A stretch of 64,000 nucleotides of DNA from the human T2T-CHM13v2.0 reference genome, Homo sapiens. The translations under genes were made by a program, and so were the position numbers. Below are positions 1 through 13,371 of the stretch, piece by piece. Location: NCBI RefSeq assembly GCF_009914755.1, contig NC_060937.1; one strand, written 5' to 3'. The notes below the pieces were generated by a model. That model saw only the letters and a list, made by a program, of their open reading frames with translations, was not told the origin of the DNA and searched no databases. Every line of letters starts with the position of its first letter. Position 1 is the first letter of the stretch.

Positions 1-650
1 TAGAGAACATTTACTAAGCATACACCATATGCCAAGGGTTTGGCTAGAACTTTTACCCACATTCCCATATTTCATCTGCCTAACAACCCAGTGAGTTAGG
101 CACTAATCTCCATATTTAGTCACATTATAATGTAGATGAGGTTAAAAGAAAGATAAATAATTTGTTAACCTCAGATGGCTAGGATATAATCAATCTTTAA
201 AAGCCATTTGTCTGGCTTTTTGATATATTAGCAACATTAAACGCAACTGTATTATTAAGACTTGCCAGCTACTTAAACACTAATAAAAGCAATGTTTAGT
301 GCCCTTCATGTAACTTATAAGAAGAAACTTATCAACATCATTCCTACTGCCTAAGAAATAACTAGAAAATATTATCTGTCACATGATAAACTAGTAATTT
401 GTTGCTAGTTTGCATTTTTATTCAGATGAAAGGTTGTAACCAGGAATCCACAGGAGCTTAAAAAGTAATAGTAATATCATTTTACCATCGTCTACCTAAA
501 TATATGCCCAGAGAAAACAACACATTCTATGAATCAGTGTTATGACAAAAATAAAAATCATTTGCTTGTCAAAGGCAAATATGATGTGAATTTCACAATT
601 AATAGATTTTTATTAGTGAAAGAAAACATTAGAATACAACTTCCTCTTAC

Positions 651-767
651 CTTATAAAATAATCATTTCGAATCAGCAAAAGATGCTGAAGAATAGAAAT
701 AAAATATCCCTCTGCTCTAGTTTCTTTAACTGTGCTCCACACCATGTTGTAAACATCATATGCTTCA
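651..767 (-). CDS. DIAPH3: DIAPH3 coding exon (probably exon 12), 117 nt
   Basis: ttccttaatcaactcac|TGAAGCA...TTTATAAG|gtaaga; (D)EAYDVYNMVWSTVKETRAEGYFISILQHLLLIRNDYFI(R); AC acceptor. Confidence 0.95.
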
Positions 768-1560
768 GTGAGTTGATTAAGGAATATATGGATTTATTTA
801 TACTCTACACCAAACAACTATAATAATATGACAGAATTTGTCCTGTAAGGTTTTGGAACTGTAATACAGGCATCTTATATATTCAACATAAAATACAGAT
901 ATTTAGGATTGAGGGTAGTGGAAAAACTCTGGAAATGGTGACTTAACCTGACACTTCCTGACTTCCCTTCTACAATCAGCTCCAACTAATCTGTCTCCCC
1001 TAAGCACAGATGCTGTTGGGAACAAAGGTAGTAGGGAAGCTGGCTATGAATACTGTGTTGAATTCTAAAGGTTGCCTGACCAACAGAGCTGGTGGTCAGG
1101 TTAATTATCTACCATGAAGAAGCCCCAGGTGAGGATAGGAACCTGTTGGGTCTCATGAGGAGCACAGACGTCTGCAGACCCACAGATTAACATGCGACCC
1201 ATGAGTATGCACCCAAGATGCAGGGAAAGAGCAGCCAGTGACTAAGGCTGCCCTATTCCTAATGCTAAAAAGCCCTAAGTAGAAGGAAAAGTGTCAAATA
1301 TAAAAAGAAAACAAAATAGATTGCACACATACATATAAGAAACCAATCTACAGAATCCATTTGTTAGTTGCAGCATACGCTTACATATATGTGTATTCAT
1401 AAAAACACACAAATTAATAAAATAATAACGTTCTTCTGATGCATGAAGGTTTGATTTCATGTTGTTTATATAGAAATGAGCTAAATATTTGTGGCTGAGT
1501 ATTTTGGATTTAGCAATAATTTTATATATGATTTGACTAGACTTCAGAACAAAAGGATAT
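768..1560 (-). other. DIAPH3: U12-type (minor spliceosome) AT-AC intron of DIAPH3, 793 nt
   Basis: 5' site ATATCCTTTT (1560-1551), branch sequence TTCCTTAAT (784-776), terminal CAC, no polypyrimidine tract; joining GA|T restores Asp in frame. Confidence 0.95.
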
Positions 1561-1679
1561 TCAAGTTCAGCTCTAATATCTTCAAGGCGATGGGATAACT
1601 CAAACAAATCTTCTTCTTTATGCTCATCAAAGACTTTAAGTTGGATATCCAGGCCATCATTCTTAATGCATTTTAAATT
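1561..1679 (-). CDS. DIAPH3: DIAPH3 coding exon (probably exon 11), 119 nt
   Basis: tctctag|AATTTA...GAACTTGA|atatcctttt; NLKCIKNDGLDIQLKVFDEHKEEDLFELSHRLEDIRAEL(D); ends at a U12-type AT donor. Confidence 0.95.
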
Positions 1680-1941
1680 CTAGAGATATGAAATAGAAAT
1701 TATGATGAATGATTTTGTTTTTAATTATGCAAAAGAATAAAAAACATATAAACAATAAACCAACCATTCAACTTGATTTATAGCATTCGAACATTTAAAG
1801 TGTTAAATAACACTCGAATCTTATCATCTATATTTCAAAAATAGATTTTTTAACTCAAGCCTTTTCCCACAGATAAATTATTCTTCAAGGTAATTTATCT
1901 AAATTTCCCCCTACTCAAGTACTCTTTTAATTTAAATATTA

Positions 1942-2076
<135 letters not shown>

Positions 2077-4199
2077 CTACAAGAGATCAAACAGTGAGAC
2101 AGACTGGGTTTCCAACATTAAAGAAAGAGTAACAAACGTAAACTTCAAGGTTTTGTTCCAGCATTATTAAATATCTTTCCTATTAAAACAATTTGTAAGC
2201 AAAATATTTCAGTCAGTTATAAACTACAGAAGAAATAAAGTTTCAGTGGCGTTTTTTATTTCTCATTTATTTGAGGGTTACTGAGGTGAAAGGAAGATGG
2301 AAAAATATTAGCCGTTACTACTGCTCCATAAAAAAATAGAAAAAAAAAAAAAAACACTTGTAACCAAAAGCTAAGTTCTTGTCCAATAATATCACTCTAC
2401 ACACATACAACAGAAATTGAACATATCCAATATACCTATTGGATAGATAACACTTACCTAAAATAGGATAATAAAATAGTTTTCCATTCATCAAGAGAGA
2501 CTCAAAGTCCCAAAGACTTCAAGGTCAACAAGAGTCTTAACTCTAGTTAACAAGGTTATAAATAAACACTGTATAATTAATTTCTAGAAGTTAATTTATC
2601 AGGCAATGGTTCTCATACTTTGGCAAAAATTCAAAATTACCCTATGTTTTAACCAGAAATAAATAACAGAGCTCACTAAATCCTTTAATATATAGCTTAA
2701 ATGATAAAAATTTTTAAATCACAAAATTTTCAGCTCATGTTTAACACTTCAACTTTCAACTTCTCCACTTTTTTCATCCCTGGCTAAAATATATCTTTCA
2801 TCCTCCAAAATCCATAAAATGGAAACAAAAGACAGTCTTTCTAGAGAAGCATTCTTTGTTGTTGTTGATAATACTATTTTTCTAAAGTCTACATTCTATC
2901 CAAGTCTAGCAAGAACTACTGGACTACTGATCAATATGTTTAACCTCATGCTGTTCCCTAAATTGTCTTTTCTCCATCCCTTAAGGCAAGGTTTATATGA
3001 ATTTAAAATGCTGTTTTGGAGTAAGACACCAACAGAATTCTCAATTCCTGCTGTTTGAAATATATAGTAATTGTTATATTTGATATCTAAGCATTAAAAT
3101 CTGACCAGCATGCCTCTACTGTCGAAACTTAAGGTTGTTTAAAGTGGGAATGGGAAATATGTCAGAAGAGAGAGGAAGAAGAGAAACATACTTAAAAAAA
3201 AAAAAAAAAAAAAACTTAACAGAATCTACCTTTCCAGTACATGTTCATTCAGCTGTAACCAGTTCATGTCAAAAAGTCAAGTTTAAAATGTTTTCCTTCC
3301 ACCCCCTTGCCAGTCATTACCCAGGACCCACAAATGTTTTCTTCAGCAATGCCATATAATTTTTAAAGATCTCAAAGAGCAAATAATGCTTCTCTACATT
3401 CAGAGAAACTAAATCAAACTCAGTCACCTGGCTTCTAGAAAAACACAAATTACAGACAACTCACAGAAAGTAGCAAAAACAAGGAACACAAAAACTAGCA
3501 GCAAATATTACCTAAATGGAAAATACATATATGTAGACAACAGTAGCATGAAATTTAGAAATAAGGGAAAGGATAATCCAAATTATTTCCGGGAACTATT
3601 CAAAAAGGTGATTCTCCATAGAAGAAAAAAAATAGGAAATTAAATTGAAATAATGAATTCAAGTTAAATTTATAAAATTGCTTCCCAATTCTAATCATAA
3701 TTTGCCATTAGCATGGCTTACAATCTATTTAATTTAAATCATGCAAACATGTCTGTGAATACACATAGGTATGCACTAAAATGCATTGTTTCTTTATGGA
3801 TAAATAATTCTATAATCAAGGTAAAGACCAAGGAGTTCCTTGTAGGTTTTATACATAATGAGATACATACCTGCGGTATCACACAATTTCACAATAATTT
3901 AGCATACCAGCAGAAGGGAGTGTCAATCAGCATTTATGCCATATCAATCAACGCCTAGAGATATCGAGAAACGTTAAAAAACTACAAAGGTTAACAGGAC
4001 ATTTTGCCTGTCCAATGAAGATATATCAGTAAAATGATAAAAATATACTATATACTGTAAGAAATATGTTTGGTAAATAATGGGAATATGGAGATGCTAA
4101 ATGAGAACTAAGACAGCTGAATAAAGTACTAACTAAAGGATTAATAAAATGGCCTGATGAAGAAGTGAAGAAGGAAGATCTAAGCCGAGGAATTAACAT

Positions 4200-5660
4200 G
4201 TTCAAAGACATGGAACCTTTAAATTACAAGCAATTCAAATTTTATGAGCGGTTTGTCAAGGTAGAAAGGGGAGTAACGGGAAGAAGTCAAGAAATGAGGT
4301 TGAACAAGGAGACAGGAGAGAGGGCATAGCCTTGTGTGTCAAGTCACAAAATTCAGATTCAACCAGAAATAGTGAAAATCATAAGGAATTTTATGCAACA
4401 GGGGCACAATAACAGAGGCAATAGATTCAAGTTCAGAAGCTGTTGTAGAAGTAAATTTTTGAGCAAGGAGGAAGGTTCAAACATTTGAAATATGAAGAAA
4501 AATTGATAGAATGAGGTAGAAGAAAAGCATTTACAAGAGGCCTCCCACTTTTGTTATTTAACTAGATAGAAAGTGGTACCATTAGCAGACATACAAAATG
4601 TAAGAAGAGCAACAGGTTTTAGAGAATAGGATAAATCCTACTTTCAAAATTCTGATTGAGATGTATATTAGAATCATTCATTCATTAAAAAAACAATTAC
4701 TGACTACCTACAACTTCTGTCAACTGGAGATATTCATACTCAAAAAATGAGAACCAAAAGTGAGATGTTCGTCATAAGGAAGTAATCTCTGTGCTCTAGT
4801 TGATGTTCCAAAAATGTAGCATATGATCTCTCTTAATTTGCATGTTACAGAAATCGTTATGATACATTACAAAACCAACCTCCCTCTGCGCTAATAAGGG
4901 TAAGAAAACAAGGAACTTCCATCTTCTTGAGAGCATCTAGTTAACTAAAGGTTCCATCTTAGGGCATCAGAAGCAGTTTACCCCGATATTGGCTCACATA
5001 CTTCATTCCTTCAAAGCCTATTTATTGATGCCTACTATATACCAGGCACTGTTCTTGGTGCTAGACATACAGCTGTGAAAAAAGATGGAAATTTCTTTGA
5101 GAGAAAGAGGAGTCAAGACTGACTCCAAGGTTTTGGGCCTGAGCAACTTAAAGGATGAAATTGTAATTTATTGAAACAGAAATGACCACGGGAGAAAACA
5201 GGCTTGGGAAGAGAGAGGAAATCAGTTTTGGAGATGATAAGTTGGAAATGCCTATTAGTGATCTAAATCTTAAAAGCTGCGAAGGAAATTGAAGATAGAA
5301 GACTCCAGTTCAAAATAAAGCAATTGCCATAGCAATAATACGTAAAAACCAAGACCTCAGATGGAATCACGACAGTATAGAGGAAAAAGGAGGTGTCAGA
5401 ACTGTTTAGGGCATTTTCAACCGTAGGTTTCAACATGGAGATTAGAGAAATAAGTTAAAGAAAAAGAAAAGTTAAAAACCATAAGTGAGGTAGAAGGAAA
5501 ACAAGGAGATTGTGGTGTCCTGGAAGTATGGAAAGTGGTCTCAACAGTGAGAGAGTGATCAACTGTGTCAACTGGTCAAATAAAACAAGGACTAATCAAT
5601 TACCACTGCATTTGGCAAAATGAAAACACTGGTGACTTGACAAGAATAGTTTCTACAAAG
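4200..5660 (+). mobile_element. L2 fragments (others at ~37440-39750, ~52830-53830, ~59280-62300)
   Basis: TTTATTGATGCCTACTATATACCAGGCACTGTTCT and GACTCCAAGGTTTTGGGCCTGAGCAACT L2 motifs. Confidence 0.65.
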
Positions 5661-6484
5661 GGATAGAGTTACTGTTCCAAGCAGAAACTACTTGCCTCCC
5701 CACAGATGCCATATGCAGCCAGTAAACAAACAATTGCTGTAAAATATTCTCCTCTTTGCCCTAAATGCATCTTTATATGTTAGAAGTAACTGCTCCTTTA
5801 TCTTTGTTTTTAAAAAGTCTATGTAAAGACACTTATCTCTAGGTGTTATGGATTACAAATTCAATTCTAATGGTTTGGAAAGCCAATACTGTAAGCTCAC
5901 TTTATTACTCTTGTGTCAATTATCAAAAAGGGTCTTCTGTGAGAAAAGGTATTTTAAACGTAACTTCTAGCTGGAGGGGTGTGTGTCCATCTATGATTCA
6001 GGATAGTTGAGGATTTCCTTAGGGCAGCAGTAAACTAAAAGTATAGTACAAGGACTGACATCAGCAAACTCCAGACAGCCTAAGACTGGAAAGCGAGCGG
6101 CCAAAAAGGTAATGACAAAGAGTGGGACAAAAGTCAGCAATACCATAAAGTAGGAAGGTAAAGACATAACAGGGGCCAATAAAGTAGATAAGCTGTAAAT
6201 AGAAATCTCAAAGATATTCAATATGTGGGGCAGAGCGAGTCAAAGGCCATCTTAAGAACAGGGCAAACGATCAAAGGAAAATCATTAGAAGCCGAAAGAG
6301 GTTAACAACAAGATAGAGGAACATGCCACTACATCTACATCACTGAATCAGCAAAGTGGCTTTCTGCCCTTGAAAATAAAGTGAGAAGTTTTCTTCATAT
6401 GTGAATATATAGTACCTAAATTTCCTTTGGTACATAATTTACTGCAATTACTATGTTCAACACAAATATGAGAAAAGACAAATG

Positions 6485-7062
6485 TGTTTATTTGTACAAA
6501 TTTATTGTACATGAGAAATCTTGTTACATGCATATAAGGTGCAGTGATCAAGTCAAGGTATTTAGGGTGTCTATTCCCCAAGTACAACATATTTATTTGG
6601 TCAGATACAGTCACTCTATTCTGCTATCAAACATTAAACTTATCCCTTCTACCATATGTTTGCACCCTTTACACACTTCTCTTCATCCTTCCTCCTCTGC
6701 CCCCACTCACTCTTCCCAGACTGTTATCTTTCCACTTTCTACATCCATGTGATCACAATTTTTAGCTCCAACATATAAGTGAGAACATGTGATATTTGTC
6801 TCTCTGTGCTTAGCTGATTTTTCTTAATAGCCTCCAGTTCCATCTATGTTGCTGCAAATGACAGGAGTTCGTTCCTTTTTATGGCTGAATAGTATTCCAC
6901 AGTGAATATGTACCACATTTTCTTTATCCATTCATCCACTGATAAACACTTAGGTTTATTCCATATCTTTGCTATTGTGAATAGTGCTGTAATAAACACA
7001 TGAGTGCCAGCATCCCTTTGAAATATTTATTTATTTTCTTTTGGGTGGATACTCGGTAATGA
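6485..7062 (-). mobile_element. L1MA 3' end fragment
   Basis: Reverse L1 3' UTR text (CTTTTTATGGCTGAATAGTATTCCA; CCACATTTTCTTTATCCATTCATCCA). Confidence 0.85.
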
Positions 7063-8961
7063 GACTGTTTTTTTCTAACCTTTGGTTCCCTGACCCTTTT
7101 TTGGACAACAAACTTAAGCACAAAATTCAAGGTTCACTAACAGGTACTATCCCTGAGCCCCATCCACGAGGACCATCCAGTTTTTCCAAAGGCCGCCAGA
7201 GCAGAAGCTTTCAACCTGATTGCGCTGATGAGATTTAGAAAGTTGTCTAATAGCAAAAGTAAGTAGTTCTTAGAAAGTTTACTCTTGAGTCAACATGTTC
7301 ATCCTGGGTATAAGTAGATGTTTTTACAATTAAATCGTGGCTCTACAATGCAACAACATATCAGCTTCAGGAGCTAAATCCAGATTGAAAACAAGAACCA
7401 GTAAAATACTTAAATAAAAATTCTATCAGAGGCTGCAAAAGCTTATTATCTGGGCCTGGAAGATACAGTTTAGACTGCTATTCATCTTTCCTACCCCATA
7501 GCAGAAATCATCTGTCTCTCTTTGCACAATTAAATTTCACATTTATCAAGTTAAAATGAGTAAATGATGCTTATGGAGAAATATTTTGCCTCTAGTGTAA
7601 ATAGAGAAATTCCAAAGATTTTAAAATTTTATACACATGCATTGAAGTAACTGCATATACCCCACATTGACTCAGAGAAATAAAATGCAGGACTCAAGAA
7701 GCTATAATTTATACCAGGGATACTAAAGAACAAACTTGAATTCTTAAAATATTTATTTGAAAACTCCCCCAAGACATCATTAATTTCTTCTATGTCCTCC
7801 CATGCCTTTTTCTAAAACTGCCTTTATTGCAATTTTCGTATGAAATGTTAGATGGCTTTAAATTCTTGAGTATAAGCTTCTTAAGGGCAGAGGTGTATTT
7901 CACTCAACTTTGTAGTTCCAATACCCAGCATAGCCCAGTACCTAGCAGTCACTGAATAACTAAGTAATTGATCGGTTAATTATGAAACTTTTTAGTTACC
8001 TTCAAGACATTAATTATCTTTCTAGTTGTCCACTGTAGAATAAATGAAGAAATGTATTATATAGACTTATTAGGTAGATTCAGAAAACTGCCAGTAAACT
8101 CTAGATAATGATAACCATTAGTTTATACTTGGGTATGCTCCATATGATAATATGAGTTCACATTAGAATATTATCTGTTCCTTTAATGTCTACTAGCATA
8201 CTGGCTTATTATTTACTGATCCATTTTAATATGGTTGATGTTTTAATTGATTGGTACTTATATATCAACCCTATTCATGCAAACCTCAATAAAAGTAGTA
8301 GTCAGAAGAGAAAGGAATTAAAACAAATTAACATTTGCATCCTTCCGGGATAGCTCAACAATGATCCTAAAAATAAGCCTTTTACTAATAGTCTGTATTC
8401 TTCATTTAGTCCTTCACTAAATGTGAGAAAAGTTTATTTAAAATAGAAAATTAATTAATAATTATTTGATGGAACAGAAGACACACTTAAAACAAAAAAT
8501 AGTAAATCAAGATATAACTGTTTATTATAAGACCTTTACTTGGTCTTGGGCATAATAAAACCTGGGTAAACTTTGAAGATTAAAGTGGTAGGTGGAACAA
8601 AATCAACCAAAGCAAATATACTTGGCTAAATCCAGAAAGGCATTTAACCTCTAATTTGTTTTAATGTGAGTATTCAATGGCATATTTGTCTGATTATTGC
8701 CCATTGACAAATTTCAAAATATAGTGATTATCCCTCACTTAAGAAAGGTTTTTGGTACTATTTTTGATACTTTAATGAAACTATTTATATAATGATAAAA
8801 AGTTATCCTTTTTAATTTATAAAAATATTGCTTTTTCTACTTTTTCAGACATGGAAAAATGCAATCCCATCAAACTTTCAAAGATCTATCTTCTAATTAA
8901 ACTTAATGAAATCCACAGATTGAAGAGTTTTTTTTTAAGTTAAGGAAAAATTTAACTATCT

Positions 8962-9385
8962 TTGCAGCAGCCATAACAATGCAACTCTCAGTCTTTGACT
9001 GCAGGAAACATAAATGGCCTACAGCCCCAGCTGCTACCTTCTGAAAGCTATCACAGCATTTGAATTGAAGTCACAGTTCCCTGCTCCCAGCCAAGGCTTG
9101 AGCACAGCAAGTATACTAAAATAGACCTGTTCCTGGGACACATGGGACTTTGGCTCAAGGATTCCCCAACAGGCTTGTCAAGCTCTCTTAGAATTTCAGG
9201 GCAGCCTGAGACACTTTCACCCCATCTCCACTCCTTCCCACTCTCCTTCACCTAGAGTCAGATCTGCATTGAGTTTGACAGTTCTCCCAGCCTCCCCCAG
9301 CTCCTCCTCCAGGGTCTCTCACAGGCATTTCCTCTAGTCCCTTACACATCAAACCTCTTGCTTCTCATAGAACCAAGACTAACAG
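8962..9385 (+). mobile_element. LTR16-like ERVL LTR
   Basis: CCCCAGCTGCTACCTTCTG.. and TGACAGTTCTCCCAGCCTCCCCCAGCTCC motifs; ends CTAACA. Confidence 0.55.
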
Positions 9386-10481
9386 CCTCATTTCACAATG
9401 CAAGTTTCAACAAGGGTTATCATTTTCAAATTGTCAGACTCATAAGTATTATAACTGAAGCTTAATCAAATTTCTTATTTTTTAGGTATTTAACAGAACA
9501 CTTTTGCTTTTTCTTCTTGTTCTTTATATATGACCAGCTTCTGTATTTTCATATGTTACTATGAGATACGGGTTAAGACCATGTGTATGCCAGACACTGA
9601 AATACATTTGGAACACAGATTTTCTCTAGTAATATTTCCAGAGACACCAATAGCCTGGATTATATTCCTTGCTTTTGCTTCCTTGAAAAATATATTCTAG
9701 GGTAGAGAAATATCTACCACAGGAATCCTAGAAAGACATACCAACCATCAATCACCCCTGTCCAGTACTGCATCACTGTTATCACCATAGCTTAAGAAGC
9801 CTGAAGATATAAGGGTTGCACAACAATGTGAATGTGTTTAATGTCACTGAACTATACTCTCAAAGATGGTTAAAATGGTAAATTTCATGTTATATATATC
9901 CTACCACAATAGGAAAAAAAAAAACCTAAAGCAAACAATGGCTATGTATTTCAACAGTGGGTAAAGAAATGACAAGATCTGGGTCATCTTTACTAGATAA
10001 TCATAACAAGTAGAGATCCACAGAAGGACAACATAAACCCAGCTATTGGTATTATATCTAAAGAGTATACTAAAATCAGATATTTAGAACCCTGAATGAA
10101 ATTAAGTAAAAGGATTTAAGTATATATTTTAAGTGAGCAAGCTCAGAACTAAAGATGCTACAGATTCACATCAAACCATCAAAGACAACCAAACAATTTT
10201 TTCTCTCTGAAACAAGCTTCCCATCTTTTCCTTTATTTGCTCTCTGACATAATTATTTCTCCTCTCTGGACTCAGAAACTTTGGAAATCATGTTTTCCCT
10301 TTATTCAGTAACTAACATAGGGAAAATATTCTTGAGGTATTTCCAAGAATCAAAATTAATGAGGGTTTCATTCCATTCAATCTACATCCAAGATAAAACC
10401 AATGTATAGGAACAACATTAGAAGAACCGGGCTAAAGGAAAAGTAGCCAAGGTGACACTAGGAGATTTGTGGTCTTCTGTC

Positions 10482-12126
10482 TGTTGCAAGACAATTCTCC
10501 CTGGGTCTCTCATATTTCATTTCCACTTGTATTGCAAGTAAAGACATTGATGGTCTTTGATCTAGATGCTCTTCAAGGATGTGTGTATACAAAACAATCT
10601 TGGAAAACAGCATATCTCTCCAGAGCAAAGAGCAGGCTCACTTCATGTCTAGTATAATAAAGATAATGTCTTTTAGAGCAAAGTGCAGGCAAGTTCAAAG
10701 TTCCTCTCCTACAGCACATCCTGCCATTTACCACCAGAAAGTTCTGACCATGATTTGATTACCATTACCTACACTTTACTAAGAGGTCAATCAGAATAGA
10801 TCCAGCTCCTGCATCTCCCATGCAAAACATCTTCCCTTCTCTCTGGATGTCAACCCCATTCCAACTCCCATAACTGTAGCTCAGTCATTCTGTGGAGTGG
10901 GTGAATGGCACTGACAAAAAGGAATAAGTTGGACTGACTGTCTTCAGACAGTCCCTCCAAAAATTGTTAGACTTAATTATTTCCTGAACCAAGAACTGTA
11001 AAATTTATCAGCCACCTGGAAGCCAAGTTGAAAGCTCTGCCACCCTGTAGTCCCTTAACTAATAAAGTTCCTATTTGGGTAGTCCCAACAACTACAAACA
11101 ACACTTTCCTTCCAGGAGCACCATGTACACCTTTCAAGACTATTTATCTTATGTGAAAGACAGGCATTAACTTGCCTCTCTCTTCAAAAACACCATGACT
11201 TGAACCCTACAGGTATGATCATAAGAAATGTTCAAGTGTTTAAAGAAATGCCACCAGTATGTCATGCAACTCTTAGGCAACTATGGAGTTCTCTCCAAAT
11301 GGAAGCTATGCTTAGTTACTCTGGGGAGCTTCCTGGAGAAAAAAACTGACTTACTATGTGTACTCTGCAGGCAGTTATCCCTACAATGGGAAGTGGTAAA
11401 AAATCTGTGCCTGATTTCAGCTAAAGTGATCAGTGACACCACATCAGCCCTGGGAGGCAATCAGGTCAGCTTCAACTCACTGACCAGGATTGTTATGAAG
11501 AAAGAATTGTCCTAGACTTCTTTGCTGAACAAGGGGAAGTTTGCGCAATCACTAACACATCATACTGTATCTGAATTAACACCTCGGGCCAAGTGGAAAG
11601 ATGAATCAAAAAATTTAAAAAGAAAGCCACCTGGTGTTCTAAGGTAGACTCTGATGATTTACTGGATTATGGGATTTGTTCAGCTGACTAGATCTGGGAC
11701 CTGGAAGGCAGGACTGAGGCAAATACTTCAGACAGGACTCATTCTGCTGCCCACAGTCTCTCCTGAACTTAATTAAGTATGCTATGAAACAAACTGAACA
11801 GATTTCATCATAGCCTGTATCAATCAGATCAATTACAGTCATTGCTGCCCATAATATAAAAGTAATATTCCCTATGCTCAAGGTTTCTCTCCTAAAACAC
11901 AACCCACTGCAACTGGCAGTATTCACATTACACTATGAGTGTCACAATATGGGCTTTGGGACTGACACAAAGCTGATACTCAGCCTACTGCTATTGCTGT
12001 GAGCAATAAAATCCTTTGTTTTTAACCTAGGAGTTCACGTCTTTTGACAGCACCAATAGAACTATGACAGACTAACATGTCAGTTTACAAGTGGCAGATC
12101 GTCTAAGACCATTCATGTTCCTGACC
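10482..12126 (+). mobile_element. Deleted ERV: LTR40-like 5' part (~10482-10715), internal env remnant, LTR40-like 3' part (~11840-12126)
   Basis: TGTTGCAAGACAATTCTCCCTGGGTCTCTC start and CTATTGCTGTGAGCAATAAAATCCTTTG end resemble LTR40; 11440-11600 translates (with frameshift) to an env TM-like segment. Confidence 0.7.
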
Positions 12127-12987
12127 CTCCCATCAGCAACTTCATGGGTACTGGATCAGGGAGAAACCACAGGAAAAGGAAGTTACAGCATTCTATCACT
12201 GCAGACCTGAGGACATATACACAGAAGAAGAACCAAATATCCACCCAAAATGCTCTAGGATTCCCATGTTTTGGTTCCCTTCCAAAAATATATCACAATT
12301 CAATCAGTCGTATGACCAACAGCAAGGGTTTCAACAAACTCTTTGAAATCTAGAAAATGCTCTTGATACTCCAGGAAAGTATGACCCTGACAAGAGTAGA
12401 CAGAAGACACAGAAAGGAAAAGAAAAAGAGGAGAGAAATAAAAATAACAGAAGATTAAAGGACGGCAGAAACTAGAGATTGGTTAACCAATACTTATCCC
12501 AGTCCTTTTCTACTAAGGAAAAACTGGCCAACATGAGGGACAAGCACACACATGAACAATGGACACTACGATGGAGGGTTTGGTTCTCCTGGGGCAACTG
12601 TGGCAGAAGGCTGTCTGTCCCTGGTGTCACAAGTGCTGACCACAGCAGAGAGTTGGGAGTGGCACTTCCATTAGAGCATTGCTGTGATACAGTGCAGCGT
12701 ATCTTCTGTATTACTTCTAGCTACAGACCACCCACATGATTCCCTGGGCCTACCAGAAATTTTGTAAGGTAGGTACAAAATTTGTGAAGTAATTAATTGA
12801 TATAGGCTATGATGAAATCTGTTCAATTTGTTTCATAGCATATTTAATTTTGTAATAACATTTTCTGCTTAAATTACCCAGAGTGATTATGTTGCTTGCA
12901 GCTGAGAAACCCTGTCTGATGTTTGAAAAAAAAGTAATGTATGCTTATTTTAAGTCCTAGATTTATATTTGTACTTTCTTTCCTGAT

Positions 12988-13371
<384 letters not shown>

